Source: Parerythrobacter sp.
GTDB taxonomy: Bacteria; Pseudomonadota; Alphaproteobacteria; Sphingomonadales; Sphingomonadaceae
Direction of reading: 5' to 3'
Assembly (NCBI GenBank): GCA_028289565.1
Contig: JANQPE010000110.1
Coordinates: 2,841-66,840, forward strand
Length of the DNA: 64,000 nt
Each line of letters begins with the position of its first letter. The stretch's first letter is position 1. The position numbers and the translations under genes were made by a program. Below the pieces are notes generated by a model, which worked only from the letters and a program-made list of their open reading frames with translations, ran no database searches and was not told the origin of the DNA. This document shows, piece after piece, positions 25,992-35,921 of this stretch.

Positions 25992-26333
25992 TCAGTCAAA
26001 CGCTTCGGTCGCTTGTCCGTCAGGTCCATAAACCGGACCTTCGCGATCAACCCGATATTTCTTGCTGGTCGCGCCAGTCAGACCGAAACGACCGATATGA
26101 TCGCGCATTCCGGCATATTGCGGCCCCGCGAAGTGGCTCGCCAATGCTTCTTCGCTTTCCCATTCCTCAAACACGTTGACACGGGCAGGATTGTTGAGAT
26201 CGGCACTCCAATCGTAATGGATACAGCCTGCTTGCAACAAGGCACCGTCAATCCATTTCTGTGCCGATTTCAAGGCCTCTTCGCGTTGTGCGGGATCAAG
26301 GTCAATCTGCGCGGAAATAACAACCTTTGCCAT
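25992..26333 (-). CDS. ABM (antibiotic-biosynthesis-monooxygenase-like, ferredoxin-fold) domain protein
   Basis: 113 aa with the typical ABM pattern (CIHYDWSADLNNPARVNVFEEWESEEALASHF). Confidence 0.6.
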   Translation of the reverse strand: MAKVVISAQIDLDPAQREEALKSAQKWIDGALLQAGCIHYDWSADLNNPARVNVFEEWESEEALASHFAGPQYAGMRDHIGRFGLTGATSKKYRVDREGPVYGPDGQATEAFD

Positions 26334-26336
26334 TTT

Positions 26337-26750
26337 TTACCCCTCTTGCGGATTATATTCAGCAACAATCTGAAAGGTGCGTTTGGAATAAAGCCAGGCC
26401 CCGTCGCGTTTCACTAACTCATCGCGATAGAGCCCGCCTACCATGCGGGTCGATCCGTCCTTGGCCTTGAGCACTTCTTGCGTTTGACAGCGCGCCACTG
26501 CCCGATTGCCGTCTATTTCTATTGAGGAGGGCACACAGCTAAAGCTTACTGCATCAAAATTGCTCATTGCCTGTTTCCAGAAGTCGACGATTGCCTTGCG
26601 GCCCTTGAATTCCATGCCCATGAAATCCCATTCGGCATCGTCTGCCCAAACCGAGCTCCAGATATCGGCATCGAAAAGAAGGACCCCGTCACCATAGAGA
26701 TCGTTTAGCTCGCGGATTGCCAGCCGGTCTTCGATCGGTCCTGAAAACAT
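26337..26750 (-). CDS. NTF2/SnoaL-like fold protein
   Basis: Only the C-terminal 137 aa of track ORF 26337..27005 look protein-like (MFSGPIEDRLAIRELNDLYGDG...GAWLYSKRTF). ATG 26750 lies behind GGAGA. The N-terminal extension overlaps the divergent SDR gene. Confidence 0.6.
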   Translation of the reverse strand: MFSGPIEDRLAIRELNDLYGDGVLLFDADIWSSVWADDAEWDFMGMEFKGRKAIVDFWKQAMSNFDAVSFSCVPSSIEIDGNRAVARCQTQEVLKAKDGSTRMVGGLYRDELVKRDGAWLYSKRTFQIVAEYNPQEG

Positions 26751-26883
26751 CGAGTTCTCCCAAGTGTTGCAGATGCCACTTGGCCGATTTGGATTGTCAG
26801 GGGCAATGAACACTTTTGGGAAGGGCACACGCCCGGGATTGGGGGTATTGGTGAAGTCAATGACCAAACACGAGGAAGAATCG

Positions 26884-27696
26884 ATGGGACAGCTCGCCGG
26901 AAAGAAGGCCGTCATCCTGGGGGCCGCCAGCAAGGGAAATATGGGGCAGGTAATCGCTCGTCTATTCGCGAAGGAGGGAGCCGAAGTGTTGGTGGCTGGG
27001 CGCAAGGAAGCGGATTTGTCCGAACTCGCTTCAGAAATCGGTGGTCATTACGGTCTTTGCGACATTACCAAACTCGATGAGGTCGAAGCCCTTGCGGCCA
27101 ATGCAGTGAGCAAGATGGGGCGGGTCGATGCCGCGATAAACACATCGGGTTGGGCGCTACTGGCCAATCTGCTCGAAACCACCGAAGATCAGCTCGATCA
27201 GATCGTTGATCTCCAATTCAAGGGTGTGCATCACTTCTTGCAGGCCTTTGTGCGCGTGATGAAAGATCAGGCCCCGCAGGGTGGTTCGCTCATCTCCCTT
27301 TCCTCGGCGACCACAGCGGCGCTCATCAACAACCATGCGGCTTACATCGGGACGAAGACGGGCAGTGAGGCGTTGATCCGCTGTGTCGCCAATGATTTCG
27401 GCCAATATGGGATCAAGGCAAACACGGTGTCTCCAGCTTTCACCGAAAGCCCCATGACGGCTGAAAGCTTTCAAGTGCCAGGCCTGGTTGATGCCTTTCT
27501 GCCCAAATATCCATTGGGGCGGCTTAATACGTCTGAAGATGTGGCCAATGCCTGTCTTTGGTTGTGCAGCGATGCCGCCTTTGTAAGCGGCCAGAACATT
27601 CAACCCAATGGTGGCCTGACCTTGCGCGGCAACCCGCAGGCGACCGACATCGAAGCGTCGGTCGGAGCTGCGATGGCAAAAATGCAGGACGAGTAG
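26884..27696 (+). CDS. Classical SDR
   Basis: LGAASKGNMGQ Gly loop, the YIGTK catalytic motif and NTVSPAFTESPM. I chose ATG 26884, behind GAGGAAGAA. ATG 26860 is an alternative. Confidence 0.82.
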   Translation: MGQLAGKKAVILGAASKGNMGQVIARLFAKEGAEVLVAGRKEADLSELASEIGGHYGLCDITKLDEVEALAANAVSKMGRVDAAINTSGWALLANLLETTEDQLDQIVDLQFKGVHHFLQAFVRVMKDQAPQGGSLISLSSATTAALINNHAAYIGTKTGSEALIRCVANDFGQYGIKANTVSPAFTESPMTAESFQVPGLVDAFLPKYPLGRLNTSEDVANACLWLCSDAAFVSGQNIQPNGGLTLRGNPQATDIEASVGAAMAKMQDE

Positions 27697-27705
27697 ATCT
27701 ACCGC

Positions 27706-28482
27706 CTAATACTGCGCTGTTCCCCCGTCGACGCTGATGGCCGCACCCGTGATGCCAGCACCGTCCTCGCTTGCCAGGAGCAGTGCCACGGCCGCGATTT
27801 CTTCGATCTTGTTCGGACGCTTGATGGCCGCTTCCTGAGCAAACATCGTGATCATCTCGTCGAATTCCATGCCCATTGTCTTGGCGGTAGCAGGCCCGTT
27901 GGTCTTGATGATATCGGTGACCACCAGGCCAGGGCAGATTGCGTTGACGGTGATGCCCAATTCCCCGACTTCACGTGCGAGCGATTTGGTCATGCCATTC
28001 ACTGCATGCTTCGCGGCTGTATAGGCAGTAAACACTGGCTTGCCGTGCTTGCCCTCCATCGATGACATATTGATCACCCGACCGCTCTTGTTCGCTATCA
28101 TGGTCTTGAGCGCGCGGCGTGTCGCCCAAAATGTGGAATAGACATTCCACTTCATCGCTTCATCGAATGCGTCGTCAGACAGATCCACCATGGGCTGAAG
28201 ATCGCCCGCGCCACCTGCATTGTTTACGAGTATGTCGATAGTGCCAAGGTCTTCGACGGTTTGGTCCACAAACCCTTCGACATCGCCTTGTTCCATCGCA
28301 TCGCCCGACACAAATATCGCGCGTTCGCCCACATCCAGCTCTTCCAGCACTCTTTGTCCCTTTTCTGGATTGCGTGCGAAAAGGGCGACCCTGGCTCCTT
28401 CGTCGAGAAAGGTCTCTGCAATTCCGCGGCCTAGCCCTGCCGTACCGCCTGTGATTGCCGCAACCTTGCCTGCTAGCTTCAT
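27706..28482 (-). CDS. Classical SDR (3-hydroxybutyrate/hydroxyacyl dehydrogenase-like)
   Basis: TGGTAGLGRGIA, NNAG, YTAAKHAV and ICPGLVVT. I moved the start to ATG 28482 (MKLAGKVAAITGG). Confidence 0.9.
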   Translation of the reverse strand: MKLAGKVAAITGGTAGLGRGIAETFLDEGARVALFARNPEKGQRVLEELDVGERAIFVSGDAMEQGDVEGFVDQTVEDLGTIDILVNNAGGAGDLQPMVDLSDDAFDEAMKWNVYSTFWATRRALKTMIANKSGRVINMSSMEGKHGKPVFTAYTAAKHAVNGMTKSLAREVGELGITVNAICPGLVVTDIIKTNGPATAKTMGMEFDEMITMFAQEAAIKRPNKIEEIAAVALLLASEDGAGITGAAISVDGGTAQY

Positions 28483-28589
28483 GTCCTTCTCCGTCTGCTT
28501 CGGTGCGATGCTAGACCGGATTTCGCCGTTGCGCACCTCGCCAAAATGAAGGGTTGCGCAGTTGAAGCGCGGCGCAGCAAATGGGAAGC

Positions 28590-30212
28590 ATGAGCACAAT
28601 CGATGTGATCATCCTCGGTACAGGTGCCGCGGGCCTTACAGCCGCTCTTGCAGCACATGAAGCAGGCGCAGAAGTTGCGCTGATCGAGCGATTTGATCGT
28701 ATCGGAGGAACTTCGGCGGTTTCGGGCGGAGTTATTTGGGTGGCCAATAACCCGCCAATGCAGCGCGCTGGCCTAGCAGATGGTCGTGAGGAAGCGCTGG
28801 CCTATTTCCGCGCACTGGACCATGGTGACTTGATCGATGAGACGCTGGAGGCGTTTGTCGATAGCGGGCCGGAAGCTCTGGCCTTTCTTGAAAGTATCGA
28901 CGCGCTAAGTGTGTCGGTGCTGACCGGCTATCCTGACTATTACCTCGACCGCAGCGGAGCAAAGCCAGGCGGTGGGCGCGCACTTGACCATGATCTGTTC
29001 GCGCTGGGCGAGCTGGGTGATTGGGCCGCACGCATCTATGCCATTGAAGAACCAAAACCAATGATGCTGCGTGAAACCCCGCTGGGTGGCGGGACGGGCG
29101 TGGTTGAACCAGAAGAAATGGCTCGGCGTATCGCCAATGATGAGCGCGGCTTCGGTCAGGCCATGGTCGCGCGATTGCTCAAGGCTTGTCTCGACCGAAA
29201 GATCGAACCGATGCTGAATATCGAGACTCGCGAATTGCTGCGAGAACATGGACGCATCGTGGGAATCTCCGCTTTCCATGAAGGGGAAGGGCTCGAACTG
29301 CGCGCGCGGCAAGGCGTGGTGATCGCGACCGGCGGTTTCGAGTGGGATCAGGAAATGCGTCAGGCGTTTTTGCGCGGACCGATGGACGCGCCTGCAAGCC
29401 CGCCAACCGCGCGCGGGGAAGGATTGGCCTTGGCCATGTCACGCGGGGCCAAGCTCGGCAATATGACGCAGGCTTGGTGGGCCCCCACTCTGGTTGTGCC
29501 TGATATGCCCTGGGCAGATGGCAATACGCGTGCCATGCCCGTTTTGATTGAGCGTACGGTACCGCATTCGGTTATGGTTAATCGTGCCGGGGAGAGGTTT
29601 TGCAACGAAGCCGCCAATTACTCAGCATTGGCTGGTGCGTTCCATGCCTTTGATCCGCAGAGCTATGATTATCCGAATCTACCAGCCTGGCTGATTTTCG
29701 ATCAGACCTATGCAGATCGTTATCCCATCGGGCCGCGACTACCCGGGCAGCCCGTTCCCGCGTGGGTCGAGCGTGCCGGTTTTGTCGAGGCACTGGCCGA
29801 CAAGCTTGGCATCGATGCGACTGCGCTCGGCACGACACTTGCGCGTTTCAACAGAGCTGCCGAGAACGGTGAAGATCCAGATTTCCAGCGTGGTACCAGC
29901 GCCTACGACCATTTCTACGGTGATCGAACCCGCAGTGGCGCGGCGGTAACGCTTGGTGCGATCAGGCAAGCACCATTTTATGCTGTCAGGATCGAAATGG
30001 GTCTGCTCGGCACTAACGGTGGTCCGCGCACGGATGGGCAGGCACGTATTTTGGGGCATGATGATCAGCCGATCCGCGGGCTTTTCGGTGCGGGTAACGC
30101 GATCGCTTGTCCTACCGGTGGCATCTATGCTGGCGCCGGGGGAACCTTGGGGCCTGCTCTAGCATTTGGCTATATTGCCGGTCGTAGTGCCGCGCAGCGT
30201 GGCAATGGCTAG
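28590..30212 (+). CDS. FAD-dependent oxidoreductase of the 3-ketosteroid-delta1-dehydrogenase / fumarate-reductase flavoprotein type
   Basis: Dinucleotide fold DVIILGTGAAGLTAALAAHEAGAEVALIER and a C-terminal GLFGAGNAI...GGTLGPALAFGYIAGRSAA segment. The start is ATG 28590 or 28581. Confidence 0.85.
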   Translation: MSTIDVIILGTGAAGLTAALAAHEAGAEVALIERFDRIGGTSAVSGGVIWVANNPPMQRAGLADGREEALAYFRALDHGDLIDETLEAFVDSGPEALAFLESIDALSVSVLTGYPDYYLDRSGAKPGGGRALDHDLFALGELGDWAARIYAIEEPKPMMLRETPLGGGTGVVEPEEMARRIANDERGFGQAMVARLLKACLDRKIEPMLNIETRELLREHGRIVGISAFHEGEGLELRARQGVVIATGGFEWDQEMRQAFLRGPMDAPASPPTARGEGLALAMSRGAKLGNMTQAWWAPTLVVPDMPWADGNTRAMPVLIERTVPHSVMVNRAGERFCNEAANYSALAGAFHAFDPQSYDYPNLPAWLIFDQTYADRYPIGPRLPGQPVPAWVERAGFVEALADKLGIDATALGTTLARFNRAAENGEDPDFQRGTSAYDHFYGDRTRSGAAVTLGAIRQAPFYAVRIEMGLLGTNGGPRTDGQARILGHDDQPIRGLFGAGNAIACPTGGIYAGAGGTLGPALAFGYIAGRSAAQRGNG

Positions 30213-30254
30213 ATTATCGGCGTTTCTTCGGTTCGAACTCGATACGCAGTTCCT

Positions 30255-31856
30255 TCAGGTTGCGGAGTCTTTCCGCATGCCGCTGCCTTCCCAATAGGGT
30301 GCGCGTAGCTTGCGCCTGAGAATTTTGCCTGAAGGATTGCGGGGTAATTCTTCGATGAAATCGACCGATTTGGGGCATTTATACCCTGCTATATGTTCGC
30401 GCGCATGGGCGATAATTTCTGCCTCACTCAGTTCGGCATCACGCTTGAGCACGATGCAGGCCTTCACAGCTTCGCCCCATTTCTCATGCGGCACCCCGAT
30501 CACTGCTACATCTGCAACTTTGGGGTGGGTGTAGATTGCGTTCTCGACCTCTGCTGGATAGACATTCTCCCCGCCAGAGATGATCATGTCTTTCACGCGA
30601 TCATGGATATAGAGATATCCGTCTTCATCGAAATATCCGGCATCGCCTGTTCTGAGCCAGCCATCGCAGTCAATTGTTTCTTTGGTTGCTTGCGGATTGT
30701 TCCAATAGCCGCGCATGTTCTTGCTTGATCGCGTGGCAATTTCACCCACGGTTCGGGTGGGTACTTCGCTGCCTGTTTCGTCAATAATCTTGATCTCAAC
30801 GCCCGGCAGGGGGGTGCCGACCGAGCGCATCTTTTCGCTGCCTTCGGGGACATGATCTTCCGGATCGAGCGCGACGATCGTTCCCGACGTTTCCGTCATT
30901 CCGTACATTTGCACAAAACCGCAGCCCAAAACGTCCATTGCCTGCTTCATCAACTCAAGCGGGATGGGCGACGCACCATAGGTAATATATTTGAGACGGC
31001 TGAAATCGACTTCATCAATGCGCGGATGGTTGAGCAAGATCCGGATTGCGGCGGGCACCAGAAATATCTTGGAAATATTATAATTCTCGATCAGTTCGAG
31101 CGCGCGCGATGGATCGTATTCGGGCAAGACAATCGAATTCGCCCCCGCCATCATCGTTTCGATCCCGGTGCCTGTTCCTGAAATATGAAAGCATGGCATG
31201 GCAAGCAGCGTGACATTGCCTTCGATCGGCTCTTGCCAGCTTCGCATTTCGTCCTCCCTGCCCGAGGTGGCGCGGCTAGACTGGATGGATCCGTGTGTCA
31301 TGATCGCACCCTTGGGACGGCCCGTGGTTCCAGAGGTATAAAGCTGCAGCGCTTCATCATCTGCACCAACCGCAATGTCGGGTAGTTCATCGCTGTGACG
31401 GCTGCGCCATTTGCGATAATCGGTTCCGCTGCAATCTTGTGCGTCGATCCCGATTATGTGCCTGACTCGCGGAGTTTGATCTGCGATCTTGTCAAGCAAT
31501 GGGCTAAATCCCTCGCCCACAAAAACGACCTCTGCACCACAATCATCGACAATATAAGCCACTTCGGGCGGGGCCAGGCGCCAATTTACCGGGGTCATCA
31601 CTGCACCGAGCTTCGCAGCACCCAATAATGCTTCAAAATAGAGCGGATGATTCTTGCCCAGATAGGAAACACGATCACCCTTCATCACGCCGAGCGCGGC
31701 GAGTGCGTTCGCCGCGCGATTGCTGCCTGCTTCCAATTCAGCAAAACTGATGACTTCATCGCCGAACGTGAAAGCGGGCGTATCACCTTGCGTTTGCGCA
31801 TGTCCGCGCACGATTGAGGCAAGTGTTTCTGCCGCCTGAACCGCTTGTTCTGTCAT
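30255..31856 (-). CDS. AMP-forming acyl-CoA synthetase/ligase (ANL superfamily)
   Basis: AMP-binding motif LYTSGTTGRPKGA, plus GEI...GYWN and a C-terminal SGKILRRKLR segment. I moved the start to ATG 31856 (MTEQAVQ). Confidence 0.9.
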   Translation of the reverse strand: MTEQAVQAAETLASIVRGHAQTQGDTPAFTFGDEVISFAELEAGSNRAANALAALGVMKGDRVSYLGKNHPLYFEALLGAAKLGAVMTPVNWRLAPPEVAYIVDDCGAEVVFVGEGFSPLLDKIADQTPRVRHIIGIDAQDCSGTDYRKWRSRHSDELPDIAVGADDEALQLYTSGTTGRPKGAIMTHGSIQSSRATSGREDEMRSWQEPIEGNVTLLAMPCFHISGTGTGIETMMAGANSIVLPEYDPSRALELIENYNISKIFLVPAAIRILLNHPRIDEVDFSRLKYITYGASPIPLELMKQAMDVLGCGFVQMYGMTETSGTIVALDPEDHVPEGSEKMRSVGTPLPGVEIKIIDETGSEVPTRTVGEIATRSSKNMRGYWNNPQATKETIDCDGWLRTGDAGYFDEDGYLYIHDRVKDMIISGGENVYPAEVENAIYTHPKVADVAVIGVPHEKWGEAVKACIVLKRDAELSEAEIIAHAREHIAGYKCPKSVDFIEELPRNPSGKILRRKLRAPYWEGSGMRKDSAT

Positions 31857-31904
31857 TACCTGTCCTTGTTCAAGATCGCCTCTCATGGCTCTGTGAGAAT
31901 ATGC

Positions 31905-32444
31905 TCACCCGAGCCATCTTGCGGCTACCACGGTCGAAGGATCGCGTTCGTTGTGAAATCCACTAGATCCCTCGGGCATCGAGGAAAGGTCAACGCCTTC
32001 GACTTCGCGAAACTCGCGCCAATCGTACAGCCCGGTGCGATGCGCTATCCGCCAATCGCCATCGCGCAATTCGAACCGATCAACGTAACGTCCGGCAATG
32101 ACAGCGGAATAGATGACGCCTTTGTCGGGAAAGACCTCCGGCACTGGATACCCGGATGGGATCGTGTGCATCGCGGTCATATAAGTTTCAGTATGACAGG
32201 TAGCCTCATCTTCGAAGCCGAACATGACCTGCCCGAGTTGATGTTGAGTCGCCATGCAAGGATCAATGATGGCACGTGCCTGATCGACAAAGCCGCGCCA
32301 GTCACCACTGACTGCGCCAAACTGAAATTGCGCGTCATGGTGAAACAGGTGTTCCATCATGCTCCAGCGACGCCGGTCAATGGCATGGGCATAGGCTGTG
32401 ATGACATCGCGAATTGCCTCTCGGTCATCCAAGCGCATATTCAT
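31905..32444 (-). CDS. NTF2-fold protein (SnoaL_4 / ring-hydroxylating dioxygenase beta-subunit-like)
   Basis: 179 aa with DREAIRDVITAYAHAIDRRRW...HQLGQV...RYVDRFELRDGDWRIAHR. Its start overlaps the upstream stop (ATGA 32441-32444). Confidence 0.65.
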   Translation of the reverse strand: MNMRLDDREAIRDVITAYAHAIDRRRWSMMEHLFHHDAQFQFGAVSGDWRGFVDQARAIIDPCMATQHQLGQVMFGFEDEATCHTETYMTAMHTIPSGYPVPEVFPDKGVIYSAVIAGRYVDRFELRDGDWRIAHRTGLYDWREFREVEGVDLSSMPEGSSGFHNERDPSTVVAARWLG

Positions 32445-33442
32445 TGATCAAGCTCCACTATGACTTTGCCGATATTGCCGCCGGTAAATAGCTTGGCATA
32501 GGCGGAAAGGAGGTTCTCGATACCGTGGGTTGCGTCATAGGGCATTTGCAACTCCCCGCGTTCGAACCAGCCATGGAGTCTTGCAGTCAACTTCTCGCCC
32601 TGATCCATGAAATCGGGTGAGAAGAACCCTTCTACCCGCAACCTGCGCATCAATATCTGATCGAACTCTTGTGGCGCGGTGCGCTGGCCGGTCGAATAGT
32701 CGGAAACAAGACCGCAGATCGCGATGCGTCCGTAGTGGTTCATCCGCTTTATCACTGCATCGAGGATAGGCCCGCCAACATTGTCAAAATAGACATCGAT
32801 GCCACCTATCGCATCCAGTCCTTCGTCCAGGGCGCCGGATTTGTAGTCGATTGCGCCTGCGGCACCCATTTTCTCTGTTAGGAAGCGGCACTTATCTTGT
32901 CCTCCGGCGATGCCATAAGCTTCGCAGCCGAGCAGTCCCGCGATCTGAAGCGCCAATATTCCGGTGGCGCCCGCCGCTGCTGAAACAACGACATTTTCTC
33001 CCGGCTTCGCATTTCCCGTGACTTCGACACCCCAAAGTGCGGTCCAGCCGTTCATTCCGAGCGGTCCCAGCCATGCACGCCGGTCCGAAACGGCGGGATC
33101 AAGCTTCACCGCGCCGGCCAAGATGGGGTCAACTATGCTATAATCCCCCCAAATGCCGAAAACCCTGACCAGGTCGCCTTCGTCAAAAGCACTGTTTCTC
33201 GATTGGATGACTTGGCCGATACCGAGGCCGGTCATCGGTGCGCCATCTTCGATAGGGGGCTGATATCCGTCGGTGCGGTCGGTCAACCACATGCGCGTAC
33301 CCGCATCCATCGAAAGAATGGAATTGCGGACAACAATCTCGCCTTCAACCGGTTCTCGCACAATGTCTTCGATCAACTCGAATGCATCGGTGAATGCATT
33401 GCCTTGCGGGCGTGATTTGATTCGCCAGTATCGGTTCTTCAT
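32441..33442 (-). CDS. NADP-dependent MDR enone/alkenal reductase-type oxidoreductase, paralog 3
   Basis: 333 aa with VSAAAGATGILALQIAGLLGCEAYGIAGG and LFTGGNIGKVIVEL. Confidence 0.85.
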   Translation of the reverse strand: MKNRYWRIKSRPQGNAFTDAFELIEDIVREPVEGEIVVRNSILSMDAGTRMWLTDRTDGYQPPIEDGAPMTGLGIGQVIQSRNSAFDEGDLVRVFGIWGDYSIVDPILAGAVKLDPAVSDRRAWLGPLGMNGWTALWGVEVTGNAKPGENVVVSAAAGATGILALQIAGLLGCEAYGIAGGQDKCRFLTEKMGAAGAIDYKSGALDEGLDAIGGIDVYFDNVGGPILDAVIKRMNHYGRIAICGLVSDYSTGQRTAPQEFDQILMRRLRVEGFFSPDFMDQGEKLTARLHGWFERGELQMPYDATHGIENLLSAYAKLFTGGNIGKVIVELDQ

Positions 33443-33600
33443 TCTTCCTTTTTCAGCACCTAGCTTTCAAACGGCAATGCCCCATTTCACTAGGGACTGG
33501 AACTCATGAAATGGACTGTCGCGTGCGCTATCAAAATGGGGCGGCGCTCCACGTGATGACATGCCCTATTGTTGGGTCAGGTCACCAAAGGGATAAGCAG

Positions 33601-34548
33601 ATGGCATTGGTCACGGTAATCGGAGCATCTGGACGGCAGGGGATGGCGCAGGTGCGTCAGGCGTTGAAGGCCGGCTATCGGGTCAGGGCCATTTCGAGGC
33701 AGGCGGAACCTTTCGCCGGGGCCAGGATCGAGGGTGTGGAGGACATCGAAATCCGCCTGATGGACCTCTATGATGTCTCATCATACCGCAAGGCGCTCGA
33801 AGGATCCGATTACGTTTTTTATACACACCCATTGCAGGCGCGCGCAGACCGTGCCGTCGTGGTAGGTGATGTCGGCAAATGTGCGGCCGAACTGGGCGTA
33901 AAGCGCGTTGTCTGGAACACATCCAGTTGGATTCCCGACAAACCCGGCGATGCCTTCACCTATGCGGGCAATACGGCGGGCATCAACGCCTTGTGGCGGT
34001 CTGGTGTACCCGGGACGGTGTTCGGCAGTGTTTTGTTCATGGACAATTTGCTTACCGATTGGGCACGCCCCTTCATTGTGAATGAGGGGCGCTATGTCTA
34101 TCCGCACAATCCCGAACTCGAGGCGAATTGGATTAGCCTGGACGATGTTGCGAAGTTCATGCTCGCATCGCTGGAGCGGCCCGATATGGAAGGTGCCTGG
34201 CTGAATATCGGTGGGCCCAAACGCATGCGCGGCCCGGAGGTTGCGCAAGTGCTGAGTGACATATTGAGTAAGCCAATCAAATACGATCCATGCACACCGC
34301 GGGAGTTTGGCGATTATCTGGTGCGTGCAGCGGGGGACGACATGCCTGAAGAGATGCGGGCCGATTTCGCCGCTGGGATCGCGGCCTTTTACGAGTATAA
34401 CAATACTTCCCCGACAAAGCCTTTCGCGGTTGATATGGATCACGTCTACGAGCGCTTTCCAGAGCTGGAAGGCAAGCTTGAAGACATGGCCGAATGGGCA
34501 CCCAAGCAGCATTGGGGTGACAGCAATTTCAGGCCCGCCTTCGGGTAG
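33601..34548 (+). CDS. NmrA-like NAD(P)-binding atypical SDR, paralog 2
   Basis: VTVIGASGRQGMAQVRQALKAGYRVRAISR is the canonical NmrA N-terminus. I moved the start to ATG 33601. Confidence 0.75.
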   Translation: MALVTVIGASGRQGMAQVRQALKAGYRVRAISRQAEPFAGARIEGVEDIEIRLMDLYDVSSYRKALEGSDYVFYTHPLQARADRAVVVGDVGKCAAELGVKRVVWNTSSWIPDKPGDAFTYAGNTAGINALWRSGVPGTVFGSVLFMDNLLTDWARPFIVNEGRYVYPHNPELEANWISLDDVAKFMLASLERPDMEGAWLNIGGPKRMRGPEVAQVLSDILSKPIKYDPCTPREFGDYLVRAAGDDMPEEMRADFAAGIAAFYEYNNTSPTKPFAVDMDHVYERFPELEGKLEDMAEWAPKQHWGDSNFRPAFG

Positions 34549-34554
34549 TTGAGA

Positions 34555-35784
34555 CTACTCGGCAGCCTCGCGGCATTCCGCGGCGAAGATTTCCATTAGT
34601 TCGTCATCACTCGCGTCGGTGAGTTTCTCGACCCATTGGTGGAACACCTGTCCGCCGCGCTCGTTTCGACCAAACAGCACTTTATCCAGCAGGCCGCTTT
34701 GTAGTGCCTGATGCTGGCGTTTGCCTGTCTTATAGTCTTCATCGCGGACCACGATTTCGAGAAAATCAAACTGCTCATGCGCAGCCTTGATCTTTTCGTC
34801 ATCATCAGGCTCGTGTTCCATCACATAGAACTGCGTGGTGTAGCTTTCGCCTACCGTTTCGCCAGGAAATAACTGACTGATCATCGCACCGCGCAAACCA
34901 CCGCCATAGAAGCTCGCTATCGAGACATGCGGGAATATCGTCCAGACACCTTGCACCAAAGCCTCATAAGAAAGGTCGTCGTCGGCAATCTCGGTGAGGT
35001 CGATTTGCAAGTCATCGTCACTCGAAACCCTGACCGCGAATTTGGTTGGTGTGGAGAGTCGTTGATGTGGCCCCCAGGCGAAAAAGTTCGCGCGATTGTA
35101 GAAGTCCGCGCCAAATGTGTCCTTGTGCAGGACCGGCAGGTGGTAGAAATCGAGATAGCCATCATAGGCTGTCTTCCAGTTCGGGCCGGGAAGCGTGCGC
35201 TGGCTGAACAAATGCCAGCTTTCCAAGCCGAAAGCTTCGAGTAAGCCTTCATAGCCGCACAGATAATCCTCAATTTCGAGCTTGGAGTCCGGATCGAGCG
35301 TCACCCAGATCAGCCCGGCACTTTCATAAACCGGAAAACGCCTGAGGCAATGCGCTGCCTTGTCGATCTTGCCAAAATCCTGCGGTGACGCCACGCCCAG
35401 CAAGTCGCCGTCATTTTTGAACGTCCAGCCATGATAGCCGCAGGTGAAACGGCTGGCATTGCCGCATCCATCTGCAAGTGGATTACCGCGATGGGTACAC
35501 ATGTTGAGGAAGGCAGCGATGGTTCCGTCTTTCTGCCGCGCCAAGAGCAGCGGCACACCGCAAATATCCATTGCCTTGTAGTCGCCGGGTTCCGGAATCT
35601 CGCAAGAAGGCGCCACCATCAGCGGCAGACGGCGAAAGATTTGCTTCTTTTCGCGTTCGAACAGTGCCTCGTCAGTATAGGCGCTGGCGGGAACACTCAC
35701 CACTTCGTCGGCATATTCCATGGTACCCGCTGTACCGTGCGCAACGAGGGAACGGGTCATATCGATCAATTGTTGGCGCGACAT
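34555..35784 (-). CDS. Rieske [2Fe-2S] non-heme-iron oxygenase, alpha subunit
   Basis: 409 aa with CTHRGNPL...CGYHGWTF and the iron motif DFYHLPVLH. Confidence 0.9.
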   Translation of the reverse strand: MSRQQLIDMTRSLVAHGTAGTMEYADEVVSVPASAYTDEALFEREKKQIFRRLPLMVAPSCEIPEPGDYKAMDICGVPLLLARQKDGTIAAFLNMCTHRGNPLADGCGNASRFTCGYHGWTFKNDGDLLGVASPQDFGKIDKAAHCLRRFPVYESAGLIWVTLDPDSKLEIEDYLCGYEGLLEAFGLESWHLFSQRTLPGPNWKTAYDGYLDFYHLPVLHKDTFGADFYNRANFFAWGPHQRLSTPTKFAVRVSSDDDLQIDLTEIADDDLSYEALVQGVWTIFPHVSIASFYGGGLRGAMISQLFPGETVGESYTTQFYVMEHEPDDDEKIKAAHEQFDFLEIVVRDEDYKTGKRQHQALQSGLLDKVLFGRNERGGQVFHQWVEKLTDASDDELMEIFAAECREAAE

Positions 35785-35921
35785 TGTGTGTTCCTTGGGT
35801 GGGTTGTTGGGCAGGCCATGATTGCATGTTCACGACCTCGCAATCCTCACTTATGGACATAGGCGGCGACTGCAAAGGGGGCAGGTTGGCCAGCTTGCCC
35901 CACCTTGCAGTCGTGCCCGGT

